DNA of 64,000 nucleotides from Neisseriaceae bacterium (GCA_046336365.1 JBKDHQ010000163.1:2316-66315), one strand, 5' to 3'. Shown: positions 38,626 to 49,573, counted from the first letter of the stretch. Program-made: numbers and translations. The notes: a model not told the origin generated them from the letters alone.

Positions 38626-40218
38626 TTAACATTTATAATTTAATTCAACATAAGCATTATTTACTGCATTTATAAATGCTTTAATTGCAGATATTTCAAT
38701 ATCATCATCTGTGGAATGCCCTTCAAATTTACCTTTATTATTTACTGAAATTACAATTGTTGAATTACATAAAGCATTTATTGAATGACCTTCAGAGTGG
38801 GAATTATAATCTTCTACAACAATATTAGGTAAATATTTAGCTATCGCATCATTCATGGCGCTTAAGGCAGAACCTTTACCATGATATACTACAGATAAAG
38901 AATCTTCATCAAAAAATTTACCAGATAAAGTAAGTGTCGTAGTATTTTTTTGTGCATCTTTTGAATAAGTTATATTCTCTGTTTTAATTGGGGAGCGATA
39001 AATTTTATAAGCGACTAATAATTCCTCATCAGTTATTCCTTTACGTCTATCACTATAATAATCTTTAATTGCTTGGGTTATAGCAACTTTATCGCTATCA
39101 TCGCAGAGATATCCATTTTGGTTAATTATTTGCTGTGCATGATTACTGCCGCTTAGTGGACCAAATACGAATTTTATTCCACTACCGATAGAAGTTGGGT
39201 CAAAGGGTTGATAGGCAAGTGGATTATTTATGATTGCATTAATGTGACCGCCGGAAGTATGTGAAGCTGCATTTTTACCTGTTATTGGAAAGTGAGGTTG
39301 CCGTGGCAGCATTTTTTCTGCTATAAAATCAGAGATCTCTTTTAAATGTGCGATATCAGCATTGGTATGGTATTTTTGTGGTAAATGTGGTAAGTTTCCA
39401 AAGTGGCGGATATTCATAATACATTGTTCTAATGACACATTACCTGCACGCTCTCCAACACCATTAATACATCCTTCGATTTGTCTAGTTACACCATCAA
39501 AAACTGCAGTTAAAGTGTTGTCTAATGCATTACCAAAATCATTATGACAATGTGCAGACCATACTACATCTTGATTAGGAAATTCTTTTTTGATAATTTC
39601 TGCATGTTGTTTGATTTTATTGACAAAATAGTTGTCACCTTCATAACGAAATGCACCGCCAATAGTATCAGGGCAGTTTATTACACTAGCACCTGCTGAT
39701 ACTGCTGCACGAATTAGCTCTGTGGTAAAATCAAAATTATCACGTACTCTAGAATAACCTTCTGGGCTAAACTGGACGTCATACCCACCATCTTTCATAA
39801 TTTTAATTAATTTGTATACAGTCTCTACTATTAATTGCTTATTTTCAGCAAATGTTCCTAAAGATGCAGGCATTAATTCTGGATCAACCGGTACGTAAAT
39901 ATGAATACGTGCACGACCAATACTTAAACTAGGGGATAATGCTTCCATAGTTTTGTGAACTTGCTCTTCTCTCAATTGACAAAGCCCAGAAATTATCATA
40001 TTAGAATTAGAGCTTGTCATATTTTTAGATATTTGGTTTACTATTTTAAAATCAGTATTACTAGCAGATGGGAATCCTGCTTCTAACACATCAATACGTA
40101 ATAGATTGGCAAGTTCTGCATAATGTAAATTGTCTGCATACGACATACCAGCGCCAGGTGATTGTTGTCCATCACGAAGAGTTGTATCAGTAATATATAT
40201 TTGGGTACTGGCGGTCAT
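38626..40218 (-). CDS. leuA: 2-isopropylmalate synthase
   Basis: 'DTTLRDGQQSPG', 'HCHNDFGNA' and a C-terminal LeuA dimerisation/regulatory domain. The ATG at 40218 lies 1 nt after the leuB stop and is preferred to the overlapping track start at 40263. Confidence 0.9.
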   Translation of the reverse strand: MTASTQIYITDTTLRDGQQSPGAGMSYADNLHYAELANLLRIDVLEAGFPSASNTDFKIVNQISKNMTSSNSNMIISGLCQLREEQVHKTMEALSPSLSIGRARIHIYVPVDPELMPASLGTFAENKQLIVETVYKLIKIMKDGGYDVQFSPEGYSRVRDNFDFTTELIRAAVSAGASVINCPDTIGGAFRYEGDNYFVNKIKQHAEIIKKEFPNQDVVWSAHCHNDFGNALDNTLTAVFDGVTRQIEGCINGVGERAGNVSLEQCIMNIRHFGNLPHLPQKYHTNADIAHLKEISDFIAEKMLPRQPHFPITGKNAASHTSGGHINAIINNPLAYQPFDPTSIGSGIKFVFGPLSGSNHAQQIINQNGYLCDDSDKVAITQAIKDYYSDRRKGITDEELLVAYKIYRSPIKTENITYSKDAQKNTTTLTLSGKFFDEDSLSVVYHGKGSALSAMNDAIAKYLPNIVVEDYNSHSEGHSINALCNSTIVISVNNKGKFEGHSTDDDIEISAIKAFINAVNNAYVELNYKC

Positions 40219-40219
40219 A

Positions 40220-41323
40220 TTATAATCTTTCAATAATTTGTTGTGTAAATTCTTTAGTTCCAACTATTTTTTCATGAGTTGAATTTGTTTTTAAATCTTG
40301 AGTTCTATAACCATCAATAATAGTTGATTTTATTGCATTTTCAATAGCAGCTGCTGCTTCATGCATAGAAAATGAGTATGATAATAACATCGCAAGCGAT
40401 AAAATTTGTGCAATTGGATTGGCAATATTTTTATCCGCAATATCAGGTGCAGATCCACCAGCTGGCTCATATAAGGCAAATCCATTCTCACTAAAACTTG
40501 CTGATGGCATCATACCTAAAGAACCTGATAGCACCGATAATTCATCAGATAGAATATCGCCAAATAAGTTTGAAGTTAAGATAATATCAAACTGGCTTGG
40601 ATTATTAATTATTTGCATGGCGCAATTATCAACCAGCATATTTTGATATTTGACTTCAGGATATTCATTAGCAACATTTGCAACCACCTCGCGCCATAGT
40701 TTTGATGTAGACAATACATTAGCTTTATCAACAGAAACAATATTTTTTGCATGGGCTTTTGCAAGTTTAAATGCATGATGCGCAATGCTTTTTATTTGAT
40801 CTTCGTCATAAGTAGCTAGATCAGAAGCATATTTTTTACCATCTTTTTCACCAAGGTAATGCTCTCCAAAATAAATATCTCCAAGTAACTCTCTAAATAC
40901 AACCACATCTAAGCCATCTTTTATTAATTCTGGTTTTAATGGAGATAAACTTACTAATTCTGGATAAATTTTCATTTTACGTAGGTTTATATTAAACTTA
41001 AATGCACTACGTAATGCAAGAATTGACTTTGCTTCACAATTCATCCATTTTGCATCATTTTGTTTATCTACAGGTCCACCAACTGAACCAAATAATATTG
41101 CATCTGAAGCATTACATATATCGATTGTATTTTGTGGTAAATGCTCGCTATACTTACCGTAAGCAGCTCCTCCTACTAATGCTTCTACACATGTAAACTT
41201 ATAATTAAATTTTGTTTCAATTGTTTTTAGGACTTTAAGTGATTCCGTAACTACTTCAGGACCAATACCGTCACCAGCAAGAACAGCAATTTTATATTCG
41301 GTTTTTGTTTTCATATTTTTCAA
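40220..41323 (-). CDS. leuB: 3-isopropylmalate dehydrogenase
   Basis: 'IAVLAGDGIGPEV', 'NLFGDILSD' and 'GS.GM.PSAS'. Confidence 0.95.
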   Translation of the reverse strand: MKNMKTKTEYKIAVLAGDGIGPEVVTESLKVLKTIETKFNYKFTCVEALVGGAAYGKYSEHLPQNTIDICNASDAILFGSVGGPVDKQNDAKWMNCEAKSILALRSAFKFNINLRKMKIYPELVSLSPLKPELIKDGLDVVVFRELLGDIYFGEHYLGEKDGKKYASDLATYDEDQIKSIAHHAFKLAKAHAKNIVSVDKANVLSTSKLWREVVANVANEYPEVKYQNMLVDNCAMQIINNPSQFDIILTSNLFGDILSDELSVLSGSLGMMPSASFSENGFALYEPAGGSAPDIADKNIANPIAQILSLAMLLSYSFSMHEAAAAIENAIKSTIIDGYRTQDLKTNSTHEKIVGTKEFTQQIIERL

Positions 41324-41864
41324 TCTCGTGTTTACATGATAATAAATAATCTAAGTCGTCATGCCCATTAATTAAGCAATATTTATTATATGGGTCATAT
41401 TCAAAGCTATGTTTTTCATCCAAGAATGTAATAGTCTGATTTGGTAAATCAATAGTTAATTCTAGATTTGCATTAGAAAGTGATGCTTTAATCCATTGGT
41501 TAACTATATTTTCAGGCATTTTGATTAGTAATAGACCATTTTTTATTGCGTTATTAAAGAATATATCGGAAAAAGAACTACAAATAATGGCTTTGATTCC
41601 ATATTGGGTAAATGCCCAAACAGCATGTTCTCGTGATGACCCGCAACCAAAATTGGTTTTAGAAAGTAGAACTTTACCAGATTTATAAGCATCTTGGTTT
41701 AAGATAAAGTCAGAATACATTTCACGAAGGGCAGCAAATAAATGTTGGCCATAACCACTTTTACTTACACTTTTTAGATATTGTGCTGGAATTATCATAT
41801 CGGTATCAATATTATCTAAATCAAGCGGAATTATTTTACTAGCTAAAATGTTAAATTTTTCCAT
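41292..41864 (-). CDS. leuD: 3-isopropylmalate dehydratase small subunit
   Basis: 'NIDTDMIIPAQYLK' and 'NFGCGSSREHAVWA'. Confidence 0.95.
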   Translation of the reverse strand: MEKFNILASKIIPLDLDNIDTDMIIPAQYLKSVSKSGYGQHLFAALREMYSDFILNQDAYKSGKVLLSKTNFGCGSSREHAVWAFTQYGIKAIICSSFSDIFFNNAIKNGLLLIKMPENIVNQWIKASLSNANLELTIDLPNQTITFLDEKHSFEYDPYNKYCLINGHDDLDYLLSCKHEIEKYENKNRI

Positions 41865-41865
41865 C

Positions 41866-43260
41866 TTATTTATCTAACCTTTCTAGTGTTGTGATGTAAC
41901 CAAATATGCTACTTGCTGCAACAGTCTGGGGGGAGGCCAAATGAGTAATACTATTTGGACCCTGACGGCCAATAAAATTACGATTAGTGGTACTAATACA
42001 ACGCTTACCCGGTGGAACTTTATCTGGGTTCATTCCCAAACACATCGAACAACCAGGCATTCTAAGTTCCGCTCCACTTTGTGCAAATATCTGGTCTAAA
42101 CCTTCATCTTTGGCTTGTTGTAAAACAGCTTCTGATCCAGGTACTATATACATTGTTACATTACTTGCTACCTTTTTTCCATTTAGAACTTTAGCAACGG
42201 CCCGTAAATCTTCGATTCTACCATTCGTGCAACTTCCTACAAAAGCAAAATCTATTGGCACACCCTCTAAAGATTGTTCAGGTTTTAATTTGGTATATGC
42301 ATATGCTTTTTCAAGAGTAACCTTATCTTCCATATGTTCTGGGTTTGGCGTTTTTTCATTTATCGCAATTGCATGTTCCGGGTTAATACCCCAAGTTATC
42401 ATTGGCTTTGCATTTTCTAAATTGATAGTAAGAGTTTTATCATAACTTGCATCAGTATCACTAGCTAATTGTTTCCATTGTTCTACTGCTTTATCCCATT
42501 TCTCTCCAGCGGGTGAATATTGGCGTCCTTTTAAATATTCAAAGGTAGTATTATCTGGTGCAATTAGTCCAGCTCTAGCACCACACTCAATCGACATATT
42601 ACATATAGTCATACGAGCTTCCATGCTTAAACTCTTAATGTATTCACCAGTATATTCGATTATGGTACCTTGAGCACCACCGATACCAATTGTAGCTATT
42701 AATTTTAAAATAGCATCTTTGGCTGTAAAATATTTGCTTGGAGTGCCGATAAATTCAACTTTGAAGGTTTTGGGTTTTTCTTGTAAAATACAGCTAGTTG
42801 CTAATGCATAAGATATCTCTGTACAGCCAACTCCAAATGCTATAGCACCAAAGGCACCATGAGTAGAAGTATGTGAATCGCCACAAATAATTGTGGTACC
42901 CGGTTGGGTAAATCCAAGTTCTGGTCCGATTACATGAACTATGCCTTGATGGCTACTATCAATATCATAAAAATTAATACCATGTTTTTTACAATTTCTA
43001 CGAATTGTCTCTACTTGAGTGCGTGCAGTTTCGTCTGCTATATAATGTCTATTTTTGTCAGTTGGGATGCTATGATCTACTGTTGCAAGAATATTGTGTT
43101 TATTACGTATGGTTAAACCACGGTTTTCTATATCTTCTATGGGTTGTGCTGATGTAACTTCATGTAAAAGTATTCTGTCAATGTATAAAACATACGGAAA
43201 ATCTGGTTTTTTTTGCACAATATGGTTATCCCATATTTTATCTATGATATTTTTTTTCAT
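41866..43260 (-). CDS. leuC: 3-isopropylmalate dehydratase large subunit
   Basis: Aconitase-family motifs 'DHSIPT', 'CGDSHTSTHGAFG', 'GSCTNGRIEDL' and 'PGCSMCLGMN'. Confidence 0.95.
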   Translation of the reverse strand: MKKNIIDKIWDNHIVQKKPDFPYVLYIDRILLHEVTSAQPIEDIENRGLTIRNKHNILATVDHSIPTDKNRHYIADETARTQVETIRRNCKKHGINFYDIDSSHQGIVHVIGPELGFTQPGTTIICGDSHTSTHGAFGAIAFGVGCTEISYALATSCILQEKPKTFKVEFIGTPSKYFTAKDAILKLIATIGIGGAQGTIIEYTGEYIKSLSMEARMTICNMSIECGARAGLIAPDNTTFEYLKGRQYSPAGEKWDKAVEQWKQLASDTDASYDKTLTINLENAKPMITWGINPEHAIAINEKTPNPEHMEDKVTLEKAYAYTKLKPEQSLEGVPIDFAFVGSCTNGRIEDLRAVAKVLNGKKVASNVTMYIVPGSEAVLQQAKDEGLDQIFAQSGAELRMPGCSMCLGMNPDKVPPGKRCISTTNRNFIGRQGPNSITHLASPQTVAASSIFGYITTLERLDK

Positions 43261-43411
43261 ACTCCACCAAGTTAAATGTTTTAAAAAGTAGCAGCTTTTT
43301 ATAAGTCAGTAATATATGGCAATGATATATAATAAAATATCATTGCCGCTATGTCATACTTGTATTAAAACTTAAACAAACGAACTATAATTAGTGTTTG
43401 TGAGTTATAGC

Positions 43412-44449
43412 TTATGGACGTAATTCACGAACAGCTTTACCTGTTTGCCACATTTCACTATTTCTAATTTCACTCAATTCTTGATCTAATCTATTTCTAT
43501 AATCAGGTTGTGAATTAGTATCTATAGAACGTTGGGCTTCTTCACCACTTGCAACTTTAGCATATAATTTTTCAAAAACAGGTAAAACTGCATCACGAAA
43601 TGGTCCTTTCCAATCTAGAGCACCACGTTGTGCAGTAGTTGAACAATTTGCATACATCCAATCCATACCTCGTTCAGAGACTAATTTAATTAATGACTCA
43701 GTTAATTCTTCAACTGTTTCATTAAATGCTTCAGATGGAGAGTGGCCATTTCTACGCAATATGCTATATTGTGCTTCCATTACCCCTGCTAATGCACCCA
43801 TTAAAACACCTCGTTCTCCAGTTAAATCAGAATATACTTCCTTTTGAAAGGTAGTTTCAAATAAATAACCAGAACCAATTCCGATACCTATTGCGATTGC
43901 ACGATCAAATGCTCTTCCTGTAGCATCTTGGAATATGGCATAAGAAGAATTTAGACCTTTGCCTTCAACAAATAAACGGCGTAATGAAGTACCTGAGCCT
44001 TTTGGAGCAACTAAAATGACATCAACGTCTTGTGGTGGAACTATTCCAGTTCTATCTTTATATGTAATACCAAAACCATGAGAAAAATATAATGCTTTAT
44101 CTTTTGTAAGATATTTTTTAACAGTAGGCCACATAGCAATCTGTGCTGCATCGCTTAAAAGGTACATAATGGTTGTTGCTTTTTCTAGTGCTTGTTCTGG
44201 TTCAAATAAAGTAGTTCCAGGAACAAAACCATCATTAACTGCTTTATCCCATGATTTAGATGGTTTACGCTGTCCAACAATAACGTTAAACCCATTATCA
44301 CGCAAATTCAATGCTTGCCCAGGACCTTGTACTCCATAACCAATCACTGCAATAGTTTCATTTGCTAAGATTTCACGTGCACGTGTTAGCGGAAATTCTT
44401 CGCGAGTTACAACTGATTCCAATACTCCACCAAAATTAATTTGTGCCAT
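43412..44449 (-). CDS. ilvC: Ketol-acid reductoisomerase (class I)
   Basis: 'IGYGVQGPGQALNLRDNG', 'SHGF' and 'CSTTAQ'. Length is 345 aa. Confidence 0.95.
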   Translation of the reverse strand: MAQINFGGVLESVVTREEFPLTRAREILANETIAVIGYGVQGPGQALNLRDNGFNVIVGQRKPSKSWDKAVNDGFVPGTTLFEPEQALEKATTIMYLLSDAAQIAMWPTVKKYLTKDKALYFSHGFGITYKDRTGIVPPQDVDVILVAPKGSGTSLRRLFVEGKGLNSSYAIFQDATGRAFDRAIAIGIGIGSGYLFETTFQKEVYSDLTGERGVLMGALAGVMEAQYSILRRNGHSPSEAFNETVEELTESLIKLVSERGMDWMYANCSTTAQRGALDWKGPFRDAVLPVFEKLYAKVASGEEAQRSIDTNSQPDYRNRLDQELSEIRNSEMWQTGKAVRELRP

Positions 44450-44479
44450 AATATTTATTACTCCTAAAGATAAAAATGT

Positions 44480-46192
44480 TTAATTTGTAACTGCACCATT
44501 TGATGCGCTAGATACGAGTTTGGCATATTTAGCTAATACACCATTTGTATATTTCGATTGAGGTTGAATCCAAGTGTTTTTTCGTGATTTTAATTCAGCA
44601 TCACTTATATTTATTTCTAAAGTGCGCTTGTTAATATCAATCGTAATTAAGTCCCCTTCTTTAACTAGGGCTATTGCCCCTCCTGTATAGCTTTCTGGTG
44701 ATACATGTCCAATCATTATGCCGTGAGTACCTCCTGAGAATCTTCCGTCAGTAATTAGTGCTACATCTTTACCTAAACCTGCACCCATCAAAGCACTAGA
44801 CGGAGACAACATTTCTCGCATACCAGGTCCACCTTTAGGGCCTTCGTTACGAATAACAATCACATCATTTTTTACTATTTTACCACATAGAATTGCATTT
44901 AATGCATCCTCTTCACAGTCAAATACTCGGGCAGGGCCTTGATGTTGTAACATCTCTTTACCTGACAATTTTAATACAGCTCCATCTGGAGCTAAGTTAC
45001 CGCGTAGTATTAATATGTGCTTTGAAGGCGGAGCAAGAGGTTTATCTATTGGATAAATTATTGATTGATCAGTAGGTAAATCAGGTACATCTTTTAGATT
45101 TTCTGCAACCGTTTTTCCTGTAACAGTAATACAGTCATCATGAATTAATCCATGATTATAAAGATGCTTCATAACAATTGGTATTCCACCAATTTTAAAT
45201 AAGTCATTCATCACATATTTACCAAATGGCTTAAAATCACCAATTAGAGGTACTTTTGCTCCAATTTTTTCAAAATCATCAATAGATAAATTAACTTCTG
45301 CTTCATGTGCAAGCGATAATAGATGTAATACAGCATTAGTTGAACCCCCAAGAGCCATAACAACAGTAATTGCATTTTCAAATGCTTTTCTAGTCATTAT
45401 GTCTCGAGCACGAATTTTTTTATCCATTAAATTAAATAAAGCTTCAACTGAATTACTGCAATCTTGAGCTTTTTGTATGGATATATTATTTTTTTCATCA
45501 ACAGCTGGGTGTGCAGCACTTCCTGGAATAGACATTCCCATTGCTTCAATTGCGGATGCCATTGTATTAGCTGTATACATGCCGCCACATGAGCCATGTC
45601 CTGGGCATGAATGACACTCAACTTGATGAAGTTCCTGCTTATCCAGATTACCAGCACTATATTTACCAACTGCTTCAAAAGTGCTAACTATAGTTAAATC
45701 TTGACCATTTAATTTTCCAGGTAAGATAGATCCACCATATAAAGTTAAACCTATGGCATTTGTTCTAGCTAATGGAATTAATGCTGCAGGTATAGTCTTA
45801 TCACATCCAGATAACGTAATAATGCCATCCGAGCTATATCCTTCATGCATCATCTCGATACAGTCAGCTATTAATTCGCGTGATACAAGAGAATACTTCA
45901 TACCTTCCGTACCCATGGTTTCACCATCAGAAATAACTGGTGTACCAAAGATTACTGGTTTACCGTTAGTTTTTTCAATTGAGTCACTCACAATATCACC
46001 TAATTCTCTTATATGTGCATTACATGGGGTTATATTGGTATAAGGGCAAGCCACTGTGATTAGTGGTTTACTAAAATCTTCATCTTTAAATCCTACAGCT
46101 CTAAGCATAGCGCGGGTTGGTGAACGCTTAAACCCGTCTTTGCTTTCAAGAGTTCCTGTTAGTTTTTCACTTCTATCTTTTAGATTAGTCAT
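44480..46192 (-). CDS. ilvD: Dihydroxy-acid dehydratase
   Basis: '[15 protein letters not shown]', 'CDKTIPA', '[16 protein letters not shown]' and '[14 protein letters not shown]'. Confidence 0.95.
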   Translation of the reverse strand: MTNLKDRSEKLTGTLESKDGFKRSPTRAMLRAVGFKDEDFSKPLITVACPYTNITPCNAHIRELGDIVSDSIEKTNGKPVIFGTPVISDGETMGTEGMKYSLVSRELIADCIEMMHEGYSSDGIITLSGCDKTIPAALIPLARTNAIGLTLYGGSILPGKLNGQDLTIVSTFEAVGKYSAGNLDKQELHQVECHSCPGHGSCGGMYTANTMASAIEAMGMSIPGSAAHPAVDEKNNISIQKAQDCSNSVEALFNLMDKKIRARDIMTRKAFENAITVVMALGGSTNAVLHLLSLAHEAEVNLSIDDFEKIGAKVPLIGDFKPFGKYVMNDLFKIGGIPIVMKHLYNHGLIHDDCITVTGKTVAENLKDVPDLPTDQSIIYPIDKPLAPPSKHILILRGNLAPDGAVLKLSGKEMLQHQGPARVFDCEEDALNAILCGKIVKNDVIVIRNEGPKGGPGMREMLSPSSALMGAGLGKDVALITDGRFSGGTHGIMIGHVSPESYTGGAIALVKEGDLITIDINKRTLEINISDAELKSRKNTWIQPQSKYTNGVLAKYAKLVSSASNGAVTN

Positions 46193-46205
46193 TATTCAGT
46201 TTCCC

Positions 46206-47477
46206 CTAAATTAAATAACTATATAATAGTTCTTTACTTGATAATACTCTATAATTAATGCCAATATTTTCAAGTCTTTGTAATAGTGGCTTAAAATCAT
46301 CTTTACTATAAAGCTCAACTCCGACTAACGCAGCTCCACTTTCACGATTAGTTTTTTTTATATATTCAAAACGAACAATATCATCATGTGGACCTAATGC
46401 ATCATTTACGAATTTCCTTAGTTGCCCAGGTTTTTGACTAAATTCAACAATTAAATAGTGCTTTCTACCATTATAAACCAGGCTTCTTTCCATTATTTCT
46501 GGATAACGTAGAATATCATTATTCCCACCGCTTAAAATACATACAACGGTTTTACCTTTAATTTCATTTTTAATAAAATCAAGTGCTGAAATGGAAAGGC
46601 TTCCAGCTGGCTCAGCTATTATACCATCATTTTGATATAGCTCAATCATTGTTGTACAAATTTTACCTTCTGGAACTAGAACGGTTTTAGATAAAGTGTT
46701 GTTACAAATATTGAAAGTAAGATCACCAACATGCTTAACTGCAGCTCCATCAACAAAGGTATCAATTGTATCCAAAGGAGTAGGGAATCCTTTGTTTATT
46801 GAATGACTCATTCCAGGAGCACCGTCTGGTTCTACTCCAATTATTTCTATTGATGGATTTTTTTGTTTAAGATATGACGATACGCCGGAGGCAAGCCCAC
46901 CACCACCGATTGGAACTAAGATTATATCTAATGCATCACCAAGTGTTTGATAAATTTCTAGACCAATTGTACCTTGTCCACAAGCAACCATATAGTCGTT
47001 AAATGGGTGTACAAATGTTGCGTTATTCTTTTTACAATATTCTTGAGCGACTTGATAGGCATCATCATAAGTATTGCCAATGGTTACAATCTCAACATAA
47101 ACACCACCAAACTGTTTCACGCGGTCAATCTTTTGTAATGGTGTTGTTAATGGCATAAAGATAACGCCTTTAATTTTCTGTGAATTACAACTATATGCAA
47201 CACCTTGGGCATGATTTCCAGCACTAGCACAAACAATACCGTTTTCTTTTTCTTTTTTACTAAGTGATATAATTTTATTATATGCTCCACGTAACTTGAA
47301 AGAACGGCAGCGTTGTAAATCTTCACGTTTTATATAAATGTTGGCTTTATAGAGTGTGGATAATCGTTCAGAATATTCTAATGATGTGTTAATGGCAATT
47401 TTCTTCAAATTATTTGCAGCATTTTCGATATCTTTTAACTGTAATTGATTATTTTCCATATTAGTCCTACAATGCAT
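46206..47477 (-). CDS. ilvA: Threonine ammonia-lyase (biosynthetic, short form with one regulatory domain)
   Basis: PLP-lysine motif 'SFKLRGAYN' and 'GGGGL'. The alternative ATG at 47459 has an AGGA-like SD and avoids the 11-nt overlap with the upstream gene. Confidence 0.9.
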   Translation of the reverse strand: MHCRTNMENNQLQLKDIENAANNLKKIAINTSLEYSERLSTLYKANIYIKREDLQRCRSFKLRGAYNKIISLSKKEKENGIVCASAGNHAQGVAYSCNSQKIKGVIFMPLTTPLQKIDRVKQFGGVYVEIVTIGNTYDDAYQVAQEYCKKNNATFVHPFNDYMVACGQGTIGLEIYQTLGDALDIILVPIGGGGLASGVSSYLKQKNPSIEIIGVEPDGAPGMSHSINKGFPTPLDTIDTFVDGAAVKHVGDLTFNICNNTLSKTVLVPEGKICTTMIELYQNDGIIAEPAGSLSISALDFIKNEIKGKTVVCILSGGNNDILRYPEIMERSLVYNGRKHYLIVEFSQKPGQLRKFVNDALGPHDDIVRFEYIKKTNRESGAALVGVELYSKDDFKPLLQRLENIGINYRVLSSKELLYSYLI

Positions 47478-47727
47478 CTACTTTATCGATCACTTTAATA
47501 CTAACTAAATCAATTACTTTTTGCAGCTGATTTATTAATAATTCTACACGTGTATCATTGCTATATATAACAACATTCCAGTATGATAAATTTTCAGAAT
47601 GTCTTGAAACATTAAGATGTTCAATATTAATGCGGTAACGAGAAAATACTCCGGCAATCCTTTGCAAAACACATAGTTTATTTTGCGAAATAATTGAAAT
47701 TACATACATATATTGTGGTGTATTCAT
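47467..47727 (-). CDS. ilvN: Acetolactate synthase small (regulatory) subunit, short ACT-only form
   Basis: 86 aa. ACT pattern 'ISIISQNKLCVLQRIAGVFSRYRINIEHLNV'. It lies immediately downstream of the large subunit gene. Confidence 0.75.
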   Translation of the reverse strand: MNTPQYMYVISIISQNKLCVLQRIAGVFSRYRINIEHLNVSRHSENLSYWNVVIYSNDTRVELLINQLQKVIDLVSIKVIDKVDAL

Positions 47728-47746
47728 TGTACTAATACCTTATCCT

Positions 47747-49432
47747 TTATTCAATACGGATTTCATGTACTCCATGCCCGGATGGAACCATTGGAAAAAC
47801 TTTACCTTGCTTTTCAACCATAACTTCCAACACAAATGAAGTATCTGCATCTAAAAATAAATCTAGTGCTTTATCTAGTTCGTTAGCATTATTAACTCGC
47901 ATACCTCTAATAGAATAAGCTTCTGCTAATTTTATAAAGTCTGGATTTATCATTTTTGTGAAAGAGTATCGTTCATTAAAGAACATTTCCTGCCACTGGC
48001 GAACCATTCCTAGATATTCGTTATTCAAAATTAATATTTTAACTTTTATGTTTTCTTGTAGAATTATTCCCAACTCCTGCAAATTCATTTGAAACCCACC
48101 ATCGCCAATTACTGCAATCACTTCTTGTTCAGGGGATGCAAATTTTGCACCAATAGCCGCTGGTAAGCCAAAACCCATAGTGCCTAAGCCCCCAGATGTA
48201 ATATGACTTTTAGGGTTTTTATATTTGAAGTAACGTGCTGCAATCATCTGATGTTGTCCAACATCACTAACTATAATTGCATTACGATTAGTTTTTGTTG
48301 ATAGTTTGTCTAAAACTTCAGCCATTTTGATCTTATGGTCTGGTTGATGTGTTATTTCATAGTTAATTACTTTCTGTTGCTCAGTGTCATAGTGTTTTTT
48401 AAATTCTGTTATCCAAGCTTCATGATTATTTGAATTTGCCCGGTTTGCTAATTGAATTAATACTTCTTTTGCATTTGCATGGATAGCAACATCAGCTTTA
48501 ACAATCTTGTTTAGCTCTGCTTTATCAATATCAACATGTATTATCTTTGCATTTTTCGCATAATGCGTAAGATTGCCAGTAACTCTATCATCAAAGCGCA
48601 TTCCCATTGCAATAATAAGATCAGCTTCATTTGTTAATATATTAGGAGCATAATTGCCATGCATGCCGAGATACCCAACATAAAGTGGGTGTTGTGTATC
48701 GACTGTAGATAAGCCATGTAAGGTACAAGCAATGGGAATTCCGGTTTTAGTTGCAAAATTAATTAATTCATTCTCAGCATTTGCAAGAGCAATGCCGTGG
48801 CCTGCAAAAATGACTGGCTTTCTTGCTGTGTTAATTAAATGTATTGCATGTGATAGATCAATCTCAGATGGGGCTGGCATATTGAAACTAAAGCTTGGGA
48901 ACATGTTGCTATCGAAATCCATTTCTCCAAATTGAGCATCTTTTGTTACATCAATGAGTACTGGACCTGGCCTTCCACTTGTTGCTATATGAAATGCTTT
49001 TGCTATTATATAAGGAATTTCTTGTGCATTAGTTATTTGGTAATTCCATTTAGTAATTGGAACTGTCATACCTATTATGTCAGCCTCTTGGAATGCATCA
49101 GTGCCAATTAGATGGTATGCTACCTGTCCAGTAATGCAAACAATTGGAACCGAATCTAGCATTGCATCTGCTATTCCTGTTATAAGATTGGTCGCTCCAG
49201 GGCCAGAAGTTGCTATACAAACCCCAGCCTTACCACTGACACGAGCATATCCTTCTGCTGCAATTACTGCTCCTTGTTCATGACGAACTAAAATATGTCG
49301 CATGTCCTTATCATCTACATGATAAAGGGCATCATAGGTTGGCATTATAGCACCACCAGGATAACCAAAGATATGTGAAACTTTTAATTGAATTAGCGAT
49401 TTTACAATTGCTTCTGCTCCACTCATTTTCAT
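47747..49432 (-). CDS. ilvB: Acetolactate synthase (AHAS) large subunit
   Basis: ThDP enzyme with 'GAEAIVKSL...HIFGYPGGA' and 'GDGGFQMN.QEL'. The start is set at ATG 49432 ('MKMSGAEA'). The track extension to 49486 would read through the attenuator hairpin. Confidence 0.95.
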   Translation of the reverse strand: MKMSGAEAIVKSLIQLKVSHIFGYPGGAIMPTYDALYHVDDKDMRHILVRHEQGAVIAAEGYARVSGKAGVCIATSGPGATNLITGIADAMLDSVPIVCITGQVAYHLIGTDAFQEADIIGMTVPITKWNYQITNAQEIPYIIAKAFHIATSGRPGPVLIDVTKDAQFGEMDFDSNMFPSFSFNMPAPSEIDLSHAIHLINTARKPVIFAGHGIALANAENELINFATKTGIPIACTLHGLSTVDTQHPLYVGYLGMHGNYAPNILTNEADLIIAMGMRFDDRVTGNLTHYAKNAKIIHVDIDKAELNKIVKADVAIHANAKEVLIQLANRANSNNHEAWITEFKKHYDTEQQKVINYEITHQPDHKIKMAEVLDKLSTKTNRNAIIVSDVGQHQMIAARYFKYKNPKSHITSGGLGTMGFGLPAAIGAKFASPEQEVIAVIGDGGFQMNLQELGIILQENIKVKILILNNEYLGMVRQWQEMFFNERYSFTKMINPDFIKLAEAYSIRGMRVNNANELDKALDLFLDADTSFVLEVMVEKQGKVFPMVPSGHGVHEIRIE

Positions 49433-49445
49433 TATGAATATTTCC

Positions 49446-49477
49446 AATAAAAAACCCGCACTTGGTTGATGCGGGTA
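49446..49477 (-). terminator. Leader terminator (attenuator) of the ilv-leu operon
   Basis: Minus strand reads 'ACCCGCA-tcaaccaag-TGCGGGT-TTTTTAT'. It lies 28 nt after the leader-peptide stop and about 14 nt before the ilvB start. Confidence 0.6.
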
Positions 49478-49504
49478 AAAGTTCAAAATAATATAACAAC
49501 TTCT

Positions 49505-49573
49505 TCACATCATATTGAAATCGCGTTTAATAATTAATAATAAGCTAATGAATAATATGTGTAAAGATTTCAT
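49505..49573 (-). CDS. ilv-leu leader peptide (22 aa, MKSLHILFISLLLIIKRDFNMM)
   Basis: Hand-translated minus-strand ORF. 9 of 22 codons are Leu or Ile, including the run LLLII. It lies just upstream of the terminator hairpin. The SD is weak. Confidence 0.5.
   Translation of the reverse strand: MKSLHILFISLLLIIKRDFNMM

Noticed and set aside
43318-43347. 10-bp-stem hairpin 'ggcaatgata...tatcattgcc' between ilvC and leuC, considered as an internal terminator.
   Set aside because: No U-run follows it on the transcribed (minus) strand. It is more likely a processing or stability element, or has no function, so it is not listed as a terminator.
37867-49283. Shadow ORFs inside the amidase and ilv/leu genes: 37867-38070, 39362-39547, 40419-40646, 41002-41196, 41987-42445, 42904-43116, 43094-43291, 44893-45075, 45427-45678, 45753-46043, 48732-48935 and 49077-49283.
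   Set aside because: Each overlaps a strongly supported biosynthetic gene on the opposite strand or in another frame, and none has a recognisable motif.
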